IMG/VR virus record: IMGVR_UViG_3300008108_000016
Location: 64,001 to 128,000 of that record
Direction: 5' to 3' (one strand)
Origin: a virus
DNA length: 64,000 nucleotides
Positions 37,812 through 47,836 of this stretch are shown one piece after another (the first letter of the stretch is position 1; each line of letters begins with the position of its first letter). Below the pieces are notes generated by a model. It made no database searches and was not told the DNA's origin. It saw nothing but the letters and a program-made list of their open reading frames with translations. The position numbers were made by a program, and so were the translations under genes.

Positions 37812-40025
37812 TTATAAAATAATATAATTATTATTTTGTGTTGTAATATAAAATAAATTTTGTGTTACCAAATAATCAACATCAATCAAGACATATACGA
37901 AGTCATTAGGTTCACACACTATTGTATTGCAATTAGGGCAATCAGGATTTAACATATCAAATGTAGACTGAAGTAATAAAAAATTATGTTTTATTTCAGG
38001 GGCAGACAATGGAGTAACGTACATTCTAAATTGTGATACCCCACCCTCAAATGTTCCTGCAAAATTTTCTTCAAGTAAAATATTTGTTTGTAAACCTGAT
38101 AATGACGTTGTGTTTAATAAATCTGTTGAGAATGATTCAGGATCCTGAATATATTTTCCATCTAACGCAGTACATGCCGAGAACGTCAAGTTCTCTCTTA
38201 AACCTTGCGTACCTCCACCCCAAGATATGTTAAAAGGAACACCAAGTTGTTTTTCTTTGTCGGTATTTAACGCTCTTGGAATTATCTCTTCAAAATTTTC
38301 AATGGTGTAGAAGATTTTACCATTAACATAGATTTTTAATCTACCCATTCTAAAGTCGGTTTCATCAAGCCAAGTTTGTTCCAAATTAACAAGTTCAATT
38401 TGTTCGGCAACTTGTTGACCATTCGTATATGGTGGAGCGATTAATTTTGCGGTATCATTTGCCAAAGAATTTAAATACTCAAACTTTGTTATGTCTCCTA
38501 ATCCACCTCTCCATTTTAAATCACAAGTGTCCAACCAAGTATACCTTTCCCATACGATATCAACTTGGAACCAATGTTCTTGATCCAAATAATCAGGATT
38601 TTCATTTTCACAATAATCATATATCCCGTTTGGAGAACAATATTCATCAATCGTATATCCTGTAACATATGTTTGACCTGTAGTACAAGTCCCCGTTGTT
38701 TCACAATTACCCGTCCATCTTAAAACTTTAACACCAATTTTTGGATTTTCTTTTGACCCACATAACTTAACGGCTAAGGCGTTTGACATTGAATCAAATA
38801 ACGGATCCGTTTCACAAGTACTTTGAATTGAAGTGAATCCAGTTGGGGTACAATCAACACAATCTTTACATTCCTCACATTTTGTACAAGACGGAGTACA
38901 TACAGGAGTTGGAACATCACACGTTGGAGTTGGAGAAGGTGTTGGTGTTGGTGTGGGTTCAATAATAGTTGAGCAAGAATGTTCAAAACATTCCCAACCA
39001 CAAGTTTCACAAGGAGTATCATAACATCCGCACCCACAAGTTAATTTTTTATCTTTTATTCCATTACATAAATCACAACCATAATTTAGATGAGGATCAT
39101 GTTGATTGTTTTTTGATCGTGGAGGATAAACATAAACACATCTACTATTCGTTACCGTTCTATTACAACACGCACAAGTTTCAACACATTCTTCTAACCC
39201 ATTTGTAACTCTTGTATAACCTGTAAAACAATTTGGTGTCCCATCGGCGTGATGATAAAATTTATTTTCGGCTCTTGTACCAAAATAAAAGAAAATACCC
39301 GCATTGTCAGGATAAACCTCGTTTAATGTTGTTTCACCTGATGATGGAAAAAATTCATTTATTAATCTTGGTTTTAATAACATTTCTACCGCCCATCCTT
39401 TATTCATTCTTTCAGGTAGGATGTCGTAATCATAACCAAATAATTTATAAAATCCTTGATAAAACCCACCATATAATTCATGATATTTACCAACAGATCC
39501 TGTTTTACTTACAACCTCATATAATGTTGTTTTTGGTATACCGGAAAATCTTTCATTTTGTGATGTATACCCGGTAACTTGAAACATTTTAAATCTTCTA
39601 TCATAATATTCTCTATCAAATTTAAATGAATCAGAATATAAACCATTTGTGAAATTTATTGATTCTCCTGTCATTGATGTTACTAGACCATTATCAATTC
39701 CTGTTAGTCCAATATCACAAGCAGTTGATGATGAAAAACAAGAAAGATCTAATTCATCTGGATTATAATAATTTTGAGAAACAAAAACGTTGTTATAATT
39801 ATATTGTTTATATAATAAAGTTAAATTTTGAACACTTATTGGGTTATTTATGTCAATATTTATTGGTAATCTATTACCATATGTTTGAGCAATTAAATAT
39901 GGTGAGAATACAACCTCTTGATTAAAGTCAACCTCATCGGACGCCAAAGACATATCTTGACAATCATTTACGATGTTTAACTTTAGTTTTTGGTAAACAT
40001 ATTGATTAATATTCTGTTGAGCCAT
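37812..40025 (-). CDS. Cys-rich ConA/LamG-like virion protein with Pro-Thr repeat
   Basis: GRLKIYVNGK, FEGGVSQFRMYVTPLSAPEIKHNF (LamG-like); start MAQQ at 40025 follows TATTTAT at 40037-40043. Confidence 0.65.
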   Translation of the reverse strand: MAQQNINQYVYQKLKLNIVNDCQDMSLASDEVDFNQEVVFSPYLIAQTYGNRLPINIDINNPISVQNLTLLYKQYNYNNVFVSQNYYNPDELDLSCFSSSTACDIGLTGIDNGLVTSMTGESINFTNGLYSDSFKFDREYYDRRFKMFQVTGYTSQNERFSGIPKTTLYEVVSKTGSVGKYHELYGGFYQGFYKLFGYDYDILPERMNKGWAVEMLLKPRLINEFFPSSGETTLNEVYPDNAGIFFYFGTRAENKFYHHADGTPNCFTGYTRVTNGLEECVETCACCNRTVTNSRCVYVYPPRSKNNQHDPHLNYGCDLCNGIKDKKLTCGCGCYDTPCETCGWECFEHSCSTIIEPTPTPTPSPTPTCDVPTPVCTPSCTKCEECKDCVDCTPTGFTSIQSTCETDPLFDSMSNALAVKLCGSKENPKIGVKVLRWTGNCETTGTCTTGQTYVTGYTIDEYCSPNGIYDYCENENPDYLDQEHWFQVDIVWERYTWLDTCDLKWRGGLGDITKFEYLNSLANDTAKLIAPPYTNGQQVAEQIELVNLEQTWLDETDFRMGRLKIYVNGKIFYTIENFEEIIPRALNTDKEKQLGVPFNISWGGGTQGLRENLTFSACTALDGKYIQDPESFSTDLLNTTSLSGLQTNILLEENFAGTFEGGVSQFRMYVTPLSAPEIKHNFLLLQSTFDMLNPDCPNCNTIVCEPNDFVYVLIDVDYLVTQNLFYITTQNNNYIIL

Positions 40026-40101
40026 CTTTTTTTTAGATAAATACCACAAAACAAAGTATTTATTGTAAAAAATACGAACGATTAATATTAATCATTTTAC
40101 T

Positions 40102-41091
40102 ATGAGAAGCAAAAAAATATTGGATGAAATAAAAAAACCCTCTATTGAGGATATCACCAACAAATTAAAAAAGTATAAATCTATTGCCATAGATGAACTT
40201 AAACAAACTAGATTGTTGGTTAAGATTATTATGTCTTCAATTAAGCAATATTTAAAAGATAAAGATTTTGAACTTGACGCTGAAGATAAAAAATTTATAA
40301 AAGATCAATCTTCAGACGTATTAAAATTAATCCCGTTAGTAGTATTCCAAGTTGTTCCAGGGTCATCAATCGCAACACCATTTATAGTAAAGTTAGGTCA
40401 AAAATTAGGTATGAAACTTAATTCCGATATTCCCGAAAAATACAAAGAAAAAGAAAAGAAAGATGGTGAAATGAATGAACTTGTTGATTCTGATGGTAGT
40501 TTTGCGGGTTCTAACATTCCAATTTTAAATCAAGGATTACACCCAAGAAAAACTCAAGATCAAACAGTTATAACAACAAGACAAACTAATAATCCTGTTG
40601 TTAGAGGTTATCGTGTTTATTATGGGGAATCAATTGATAAGAATGATGAGAAACTTTTGGATGAGGTTGATATGTCAGATGCGTTTGGTTATGAGGAAAC
40701 AGAAGACGCTCAAACATACTCAAAGGCAAGTAAAATATTAAAGAAGATGGGGATTGAAGATCCTATTGAAAGAAACGATAGATTAGAGGTTATGGGATTT
40801 GACCCAAGGTTAGATAAAGAATTAAAAAGAGAAAAGAGAAGAGGTAAATGTAAAAATTGTTTTACCAAACGAAGATTGTCTGAAACCGAAAGAGAGATGA
40901 TGATAAAAATGATTGATGAAATTTTACTAAAGAAAAAAAATAAAGGGGATGATCTTGTAAAAAAAAATAATGAAGAAGAAACTCCTGTTAGTAGAATTTT
41001 AACAAGAAATTTACAATCAATTAAAAAAGTTGCAGAAAAAGAGGGAATAAGTATTAACCAATTAATTAAAATTCTTAAAAAAGGTGAATAA
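40102..41091 (+). CDS. Hypothetical (possibly head-internal) protein with a LETM1-like N-terminal segment
   Basis: EDKKFIKDQSSDVLKLIPLVVFQVVPGSSIATPFIVK; multiple L/I-x-E sites. Confidence 0.55.
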   Translation: MRSKKILDEIKKPSIEDITNKLKKYKSIAIDELKQTRLLVKIIMSSIKQYLKDKDFELDAEDKKFIKDQSSDVLKLIPLVVFQVVPGSSIATPFIVKLGQKLGMKLNSDIPEKYKEKEKKDGEMNELVDSDGSFAGSNIPILNQGLHPRKTQDQTVITTRQTNNPVVRGYRVYYGESIDKNDEKLLDEVDMSDAFGYEETEDAQTYSKASKILKKMGIEDPIERNDRLEVMGFDPRLDKELKREKRRGKCKNCFTKRRLSETEREMMIKMIDEILLKKKNKGDDLVKKNNEEETPVSRILTRNLQSIKKVAEKEGISINQLIKILKKGE

Positions 41092-41551
41092 GGAATTATA
41101 CGGACAAATTATTAAATTACCTGAAGAACTTGTTGAGTATCTTCAGAAGTGTTTTGAGCAAGTCCCTAACTCTGATTCTACAGTTGAGGGTCATAAGAGA
41201 AATATCTTTTTAAGAGATAAAGGACAAGTAACATTCCAACAACTTGAGAGAATACAAAATTGGTTCAAATATTTTGATGGTAAAAAGGAAGACGCACCAT
41301 ATGTATTAAATGGTGGTGATTATATGAATAATTGGGTATCAACAACTATTGATGGTTTAAGAAGAGGAACACAAACACCACAAATAACACAAGATGTTAT
41401 GCCCGATGATGTTAATGATGAATTAATTGATAACATGGGATGGTTATCAAATATGAATAGAGAATCAAAAAGTCATAAAGGTTATAATGATGATATCAAA
41501 ATAACCGAAAACCTGAAAAGGATAAACGATATTATGAAAAAAATAATTTAA
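41084..41551 (+). CDS. Hypothetical protein
   Basis: ORF within the operon, ending ITENLKRINDIMKKII. Confidence 0.6.
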   Translation: MNKELYGQIIKLPEELVEYLQKCFEQVPNSDSTVEGHKRNIFLRDKGQVTFQQLERIQNWFKYFDGKKEDAPYVLNGGDYMNNWVSTTIDGLRRGTQTPQITQDVMPDDVNDELIDNMGWLSNMNRESKSHKGYNDDIKITENLKRINDIMKKII

Positions 41552-41552
41552 A

Positions 41553-41840
41553 ATGGCGGTTACAGAAAGATTAAATTTTGATCAACCACAAAATGAGTTA
41601 GGTCAAATTGCGGAACAACAAAGACAGAGACTTATACCAAAGAATGATTATAAACCAACTAATCAATATTCACAAACAAATAAAGATGCAATATCCGATG
41701 GGGATGAATTAGGTAAAGGTACTGGAGGATTTTTGGATACAACTAATGGAGGATCTTCAATTGATATTCTTGAAAGAAAGAATGAAATAAAAATTAATGA
41801 ATATCAATCTAATAAACCGTATACAACTCCTTCGGTTTAA
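41553..41840 (+). CDS. Hypothetical protein
   Basis: ORF within the operon (DAISDGDELGKGTG). Confidence 0.6.
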   Translation: MAVTERLNFDQPQNELGQIAEQQRQRLIPKNDYKPTNQYSQTNKDAISDGDELGKGTGGFLDTTNGGSSIDILERKNEIKINEYQSNKPYTTPSV

Positions 41841-42244
41841 TGAAACTTTACAACTCTCTGAAAAGTCTTATTCTTGAGATAGCATCAATAGATTCAATTG
41901 TTGATGCAATTAAGAAAAAACAGAAAGTTGTAATTTATTACAAAGGAGATGAACCAGGTGGAAATGGACTAAGAACTATTGAACCCGTTTGTTTTGGGTA
42001 TAGTAAGGCAGGTAACCCTGTTTTACGAGCTTGGGATTTAGAAGGAGCTTCACATAGAGCATATTTAGGGAAGAAACCTTTACCAAGTTGGAGATTATTC
42101 AGGGTTGATAAAATAGTTTCGTTTAGACCAACCGCAGAAAAGTTTGATACACCAAGACCTGGTTATAACCCTAACGGAGATAAAAGTATGACTAATGTAA
42201 TTGTAAACGCTGTATTTGGTGGTACTGAAGAAACTATAACATAA
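41840..42244 (+). CDS. Stand-alone WYL-domain protein
   Basis: VIYY...RTIEPVCFG...LRAW...WRLFRVDKI. Confidence 0.75.
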   Translation: MKLYNSLKSLILEIASIDSIVDAIKKKQKVVIYYKGDEPGGNGLRTIEPVCFGYSKAGNPVLRAWDLEGASHRAYLGKKPLPSWRLFRVDKIVSFRPTAEKFDTPRPGYNPNGDKSMTNVIVNAVFGGTEETIT

Positions 42245-42263
42245 ACAATACAATATTTTTAAT

Positions 42264-42872
42264 ATGTCGGCAGATCAAGATTTAATTAACAAGTTGTTAA
42301 TATCAAAAAAAATAATGGAAAGACACGATAGTATGGGTCGTGGAAACCATGCAAATGTCTCAATACCAAACACACCTGTGGTTGAGGACTATAAACCCGT
42401 AAGTGGTAATTACAATATACCTCAAGATTTATTATCTGAAGTGGAAGTACCAACACAAAAGAATTATAATACTTCAGTACCAACGGCAGATAGAATTGCT
42501 AGTTCAAAACTACCTGATGAGATTAAAAGGTTAATGATGGAACACCCAATACAACAACCAAATAACCCATTAACCGCAGGATCATCATTATCACCAGATT
42601 TAATTGATAAAGCATCAAGACTAATGAATTCAAAAGCAAATGGGGAACCGATTGTAGAAAATGTTAGACCTAAACAACAACCAACTCAATCATCAATTTC
42701 TTTTAACCCAAACCAAATTAAAGATATTGTAAGAGAAACAGTTGAGGATGTGTTAAGAGAAAATGGTCTAATGGTTGAATCCACAAAAAAATCAAATGAA
42801 GTTTTTAGATTCAAAGTGGGTCAACATATTTTTGAGGGTAAGATTACAAAAATTAAAAAAGTTTCAGAATAA
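42264..42872 (+). CDS. Hypothetical protein
   Basis: SKLPDEIKRLMMEHPI, FKVGQHIFEGKITKIKK; ends the operon before a terminator. Confidence 0.6.
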   Translation: MSADQDLINKLLISKKIMERHDSMGRGNHANVSIPNTPVVEDYKPVSGNYNIPQDLLSEVEVPTQKNYNTSVPTADRIASSKLPDEIKRLMMEHPIQQPNNPLTAGSSLSPDLIDKASRLMNSKANGEPIVENVRPKQQPTQSSISFNPNQIKDIVRETVEDVLRENGLMVESTKKSNEVFRFKVGQHIFEGKITKIKKVSE

Positions 42873-42894
42873 CTTAAGTTATTTAAATTCATAT

Positions 42895-42930
42895 CCCCAT
42901 TCATAAAGAGTGGGGTTTTTTGTTTTTTTT
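42895..42930 (+). terminator. Rho-independent terminator
   Basis: CCCCATTC-ataaa-GAGTGGGG hairpin followed by TTTTTTGTTTTTTTT. Confidence 0.8.
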
Positions 42931-42979
42931 ATTTTACCTTTTGATACAACAGAACTATTTATAATAAAAACAACATATT

Positions 42980-43882
42980 ATGGCAAAAAAAATTGATTTA
43001 AATGAAACGTTAATTATTAAAGAATATTTGGGAGGTAAAAGTTCATTAATATTGTCAAAAGAATTTGGGGTGTCTAAACCCACTATTTTATCAGTACTAA
43101 AAAAACATAATGTAACTAGAAAAAGAAATAGATGTGATTCATTAAAAATAATTAAAAATGATAATAAATATGTTATTTTAAGAAAATGCCCTCAATGTGG
43201 TTCAGACGTTAAGACAACATCAAAAGATAGGATAATTGCCTGTAGAAATTATTTTAATTTGAGGAATTCATTATGTAAAAATTGTAGTATTATAAATCAA
43301 AAAGGAAATGGGAATCCATTTTACGGTAAAAAACACACTGGGGAGTCCAAACAAAAAATATCAAATAGTAGAAAAGGAAAAGCAACCGGTAAAGAAAATT
43401 CTATGGCAAACCCAAAACATAGGGATAAGGCTAGAAAAAATTTAAAAAAGAAATGGGATGAGGGTAATATGGAGCATGCCAGAAAAATAATGTCAGAAAA
43501 GATGAAAGAAACAAGAAGATTAGGTAAAATAAAATCTGTGATAAGATCTAAAGCTGAATATGAAATAATAAAAAAAATAAAAGAAATAGGATATAAAGTT
43601 AAATCATCATTTAGAGTTGACACTAAAATATGTGATATATTTATCCCTAAGTTAAATTTAATTATTGAGTATAATGGAGACTATTGGCATTGCAACCCAA
43701 AAAAATATCCATCGGATTATTTTCATTCCGTTAAAAATATGACAGCAAAAGAATTATGGGATTATGATAAAAACAAGATTGACTTAGTAAGGAATAAAGG
43801 TTATAATTTAGAAGTAATTTGGGAATCTGAATATAAGAAAAACCAAAACATAATAAATAAACTAATTAAAAAATATGAGTAA
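42980..43882 (+). mobile_element. Homing endonuclease (HTH, Zn ribbon, NUMOD3, Vsr/DUF559-like nuclease)
   Basis: LSKEFGVSKPTI; CPQC; GNPFYGKKHTGESKQKISNSRKG; CDIFIP...IIEYNGDYWH...LEVIWE. Confidence 0.85.
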
Positions 43883-45122
43883 AGAAAGCCCCATGAATGG
43901 TCGTGAGAGAATTAGAGTATTAGTTCTCCCAAGTGACCAATCTGGGGTTGGCTGAGGTAAATTCCGTTCAGTTGACCCCCATGTAATGTTACAAAACAAA
44001 TATCCTGATGAATTTCACGTTGATATTGATTACGAACCAAAAATAAATGATCAGAACTATTGGAAACAATATCAAATTGTTCATTTCCACAGAAATATCG
44101 GTCAAAATTATGAAGATTGCCCTGCACTTATTGAATGGTTAAAAAGTGTTGGTATCGTTGTTATTGCGGATGTTGACGATTATTGGTTACCAACAAAGGA
44201 ACATCCTATTCATCAGTTAATTATTAACAATAAAATTCACGAGAAGATTATTGCAAATCTTAAAGTATCATCATACGTTACAACAACAACAGATATTTTT
44301 GCGAATGAAATTAGAAAGTTCAATAAAAATGTTTATGTTTTACCAAACGCAATTGATCCAAGAGAAGAACAATTTAATCAACCAACTTTACCTTCCGAAA
44401 AAATCAGAGTAGGTTGGCTTGGTGGATCCTCACATTTACACGATTTGAAGTTATTGGATGGTATGGTAAATAAATTAAAACCTCAACAGGATAAATTACA
44501 ATTTTATCTTTGTGGTTTTGATACAAGAGGAACCGTAACAGAAATTAATAAAAATACGGGGGAAGAAGTAAGAAGACCAATTAAACCCGAAGAAACGGTT
44601 TGGGTTAAATATGAATCAATTTTTACTGACAACTATAAAATAATTTCACCAAATTATAAATTATTTTTGGATAGGTTTAATGATGAAGAGTTTCTTGGGT
44701 GGGAAAATGAAAACTACGTAAGAGTATGGACAAAACCTGCAACATCATACGCAAAGAATTATTCAAGGTTTGATATATCATTATCACCAATTGTTGATCA
44801 CGTTTTTAACAGGATGAAATCACAACTTAAAGTTATTGAGGCGGGATTCTATAAAAAAGCCTTAATCGCATCAAACGTTGGGCCTTATACCATAGATCTT
44901 AAACATTCGGTAAGTAATGGTAAATTTGTTGATGGTAATGCCCTATTGGTTGACAAACATAGAAACCATTCAGATTGGGTTAAAAACGTTAAATTGTTGG
45001 TAAACAACCCAAACATGGTTAAAGATATGGGTGAAAGATTATATGAAACCGTAAAAGACACATATGATCTTAATATTGTTACAAAAAATAGAAGTGAATT
45101 TTACAAATCTTTAATTAAATAA
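43875..45122 (+). CDS. GT-B (GT4-like) glycosyltransferase with an in-frame TGA at codon 27
   Basis: The ATG at 43875 reads MSKESPMNGRERIRVLVLPSDQSGVG*GKFRSVDPHV, in frame with ORF 43986-45122 (DVDDYW, RVGWLGGSSH, KSQLKVIEAG). Confidence 0.75.
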
Positions 45123-45124
45123 TT

Positions 45125-45826
45125 ATGATTAATATACCAATTACCAAAATTTTATTCCTTGACATTGAAACCGTTGGTGGATGCCCTGATTATGAATCCT
45201 GTGAGAAATTCAATCCAGATCTTGCCAATCAATTTAACAAATATTTTGATTGGTTTCAAAAAAGATTTCCCGAAGATGAAAGTCTGTTTAGAGAGGAAGT
45301 GTTTAAGAAACGAGCAGCTCTTGTTCCTGAATTTGCAAAAATTATCTGCGTATCAATGGCGTTTGTAATGGACAACGGAGAAGTAAAAAAACAGACATTT
45401 TCTGGTGATGATGAAAAAGAATTATTGATTCAAGTTAGAAATCTTCTTGATAGATGTAGTAAACTTGATTTCTATCTTTGTGGTCATAATCTAAAAAACT
45501 TTGACATTCCGATGCTTGCAAAACGTATGATCATAAATGGAATTATGCCATCAAAACTTTTACCATCATATGATACAAAGCCTTGGGAGGTAAAAGCAAT
45601 TGACACAAAAGAAATTTGGCAATACGGAGCGTATACATCAATTGGTTCTTTGGATCTTGTTTGTTCAACAATGGGAATACCAACACCAAAAGATGGGGAA
45701 ATTACTGGTGATAAAGTTCACGATGCTTATTGGATAGAACAAAAATTAAACTCAATATCTGAATATTGTGAAAAGGATGTTGAAGTTCTTATTGAATTTA
45801 TAAAAAAACTTAAAAACTTGGGATAA
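45125..45826 (+). CDS. DEDD 3'-5' exonuclease (PolB-related, stand-alone)
   Basis: FLDIET, GHNLKNFDIP, YCEKDV. Confidence 0.85.
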   Translation: MINIPITKILFLDIETVGGCPDYESCEKFNPDLANQFNKYFDWFQKRFPEDESLFREEVFKKRAALVPEFAKIICVSMAFVMDNGEVKKQTFSGDDEKELLIQVRNLLDRCSKLDFYLCGHNLKNFDIPMLAKRMIINGIMPSKLLPSYDTKPWEVKAIDTKEIWQYGAYTSIGSLDLVCSTMGIPTPKDGEITGDKVHDAYWIEQKLNSISEYCEKDVEVLIEFIKKLKNLG

Positions 45827-45827
45827 T

Positions 45828-46415
45828 ATGACTAAAGAAAATGATGATTTTTTTGAACAAATAAAAGATCTTGAAGAAACTTTTGATGGTGATGAACCTG
45901 ACTATAATGCTGTTATGGAACTATTTGGAATCGACATAAATGAAATTGATAGAGAAATGAAATCGTATAACACAAAAGTTGAGGTTAATTATACCACAAA
46001 ACATGAAAATTCTGTAGACCCTGTATACGCTTACCCAACAGATTCAGGATTTGACTTGCATTCAACAGAGGAAATAGATATTGATCCATTTGGTAGAACC
46101 TTGGTTCCAACAGGATTGTTTATTGACATTCCCGAACATTATGAAATTCAAGTTAGATCAAAAAGCGGTTTAGCATTAAAACAAGGTTTGATGGTATTAA
46201 ATTCACCAGGTACGGTAGATCAAGGGTATACAGGTGAAATAAAAGTAATTATTTTTAATACGAATAATCACAAAGTTAAAATTGATAAAGGTCAAAAAAT
46301 TGCTCAGGCGGTTTTTTCTCCTGTTGTTTGTGGTAAGTGGATCAATTTTAATAAAGTAATTAACATTAACGATAAAGACAGATCTGATAAAGGATTTGGT
46401 AGTACAGGGATATGA
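45828..46415 (+). CDS. dut: Trimeric dUTPase
   Basis: SGFDL, RSKSGLA, GTVDQGYTGE, IAQ, RSDKGFGSTG. Confidence 0.92.
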   Translation: MTKENDDFFEQIKDLEETFDGDEPDYNAVMELFGIDINEIDREMKSYNTKVEVNYTTKHENSVDPVYAYPTDSGFDLHSTEEIDIDPFGRTLVPTGLFIDIPEHYEIQVRSKSGLALKQGLMVLNSPGTVDQGYTGEIKVIIFNTNNHKVKIDKGQKIAQAVFSPVVCGKWINFNKVININDKDRSDKGFGSTGI

Positions 46416-47836
46416 TAACAATAGGATACTCAACAAGAAAACATAACCAAGAATACATTGATTATCTTCAAAAAACTTCAATGTACAAAGAAGTGGAAAT
46501 TATAGAAAAAATTAATAATGGTGAAAAATCATTGTCTCAAGTTTATAATGAAATTTTATCTGAATCAAAATACGATATAGTTGTTTTATGTCATGACGAC
46601 TTAGAATTTGACACAAAAAATTGGGCAGATAAAATACTTAAACATTTTAATAAAAATCCTGAATATGGTATTTTAGGTTTAGCTGGAACAAAATATTTGG
46701 ATAATAATGGAAAATGGTGGGAAGTTCAGAATACCATGTATGGTATTGTTAATCACAAACATGAAGGTAAAAAATGGACAAGTAATTACTCAAAAGATTT
46801 AGGTAATAAAATTGAGGACGTAATAATTGTTGATGGATTATTTATCGCAATAAATAAGAAAAAGATTAAACACAATTTTGATGAATCGTTTAATGGATTT
46901 CATTTTTATGACTTAGGGTTTTGTTTGCCTAATTATTTAGATGATGTTAAAATTGGAGTAATGTTTGATATAAGGGTTACTCATCTTTCCATAGGACAAA
47001 CTAACCAACAATGGGAAGATAATAGAATTCAGTTCGCAATTAAATATAAAGATAAATTACCTATAGACATTAATAATAAAGAATTATCCGAAACTTTCAT
47101 TTTTGTTCACGATCAAGATATAGTTCTTGAATTTGAATCGTCCAATAAACTATCTAATTTATATAAATATAAATACGTCTTTTTAGGTAATAGACCTATT
47201 GATAAGATAGGGTATTTATCTAATTTAATAATTGCAAGAAATTATGAAGACAATATAGAACAATATCCTTTATTTACTTCCTATACTGGTTGGTATTGTC
47301 TTTGGAAAAATAATTTAATTAATACTAAATACATTAATCTTTTTGAGTACGATACCATCTTAAATAAGAATATTGATCAATTTCATACAAAAATTTATGA
47401 GAATGACGTTGAAATGGTTGGATACGTTCCGTTTCCTGTAAGAAGTTATGAATTTATTTTAAACCCTTCTTGGAATGAAAATGTTATACCGGCAATTAAA
47501 GAAATACATAAATTTGATTTAATCTCACACTATAACAAAATTGTACAAAATTCACCAGATTCAGTGTGGTCTTCTACATCAAATACAACATTTAGAAAAG
47601 ATATTTTTGATGATTTTATGAAATGGTTTTCTCCTGTTGCCGATAGAATTAAAGATACAAAAACTTGTGGTCACGCGCATGAAAGATCCATAACCTACTA
47701 TTCTTACCATAAGAATAGAAAATTTATGATTACAAAAGGACTACTGCAACACTTACAATTAGACTCACATAAAACTCAAGGTCATTTTGTTGACTTACAA
47801 AGTAATTACGATAAATTATTAAAAAATAAACTATAA
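46412..47836 (+). CDS. Two-domain GT-A glycosyltransferase-like protein
   Basis: LCHDDL, VDGLF, GFHFYD; second domain ending GHAHER. Confidence 0.7.
   Translation: MITIGYSTRKHNQEYIDYLQKTSMYKEVEIIEKINNGEKSLSQVYNEILSESKYDIVVLCHDDLEFDTKNWADKILKHFNKNPEYGILGLAGTKYLDNNGKWWEVQNTMYGIVNHKHEGKKWTSNYSKDLGNKIEDVIIVDGLFIAINKKKIKHNFDESFNGFHFYDLGFCLPNYLDDVKIGVMFDIRVTHLSIGQTNQQWEDNRIQFAIKYKDKLPIDINNKELSETFIFVHDQDIVLEFESSNKLSNLYKYKYVFLGNRPIDKIGYLSNLIIARNYEDNIEQYPLFTSYTGWYCLWKNNLINTKYINLFEYDTILNKNIDQFHTKIYENDVEMVGYVPFPVRSYEFILNPSWNENVIPAIKEIHKFDLISHYNKIVQNSPDSVWSSTSNTTFRKDIFDDFMKWFSPVADRIKDTKTCGHAHERSITYYSYHKNRKFMITKGLLQHLQLDSHKTQGHFVDLQSNYDKLLKNKL

Noticed and set aside
42980-43882. TnpB/IscB/Cas-type RNA-guided nuclease as effector for the mini-array
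   Set aside because: The three intact nucleases show ordinary homing-endonuclease architectures with no RuvC triad or paired HEPN motifs; no cas gene was recognised in the window.
2391-43955. Genome-wide stop-codon reassignment as the explanation for the internal TAG (about 9252-9254) and TGA (43953)
   Set aside because: TAG ends the tube and RHH genes and TGA ends others at sensible positions, long genes are intact in the standard code, and reading through the TAG would not restore the neck-gene frame.
43950-43981. Selenocysteine codon with a SECIS element
   Set aside because: The hairpin encloses the UGA rather than following it, the position is a Gly loop of a glycosyltransferase rather than a redox site, and no sel genes are visible. 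Not strictly excluded.
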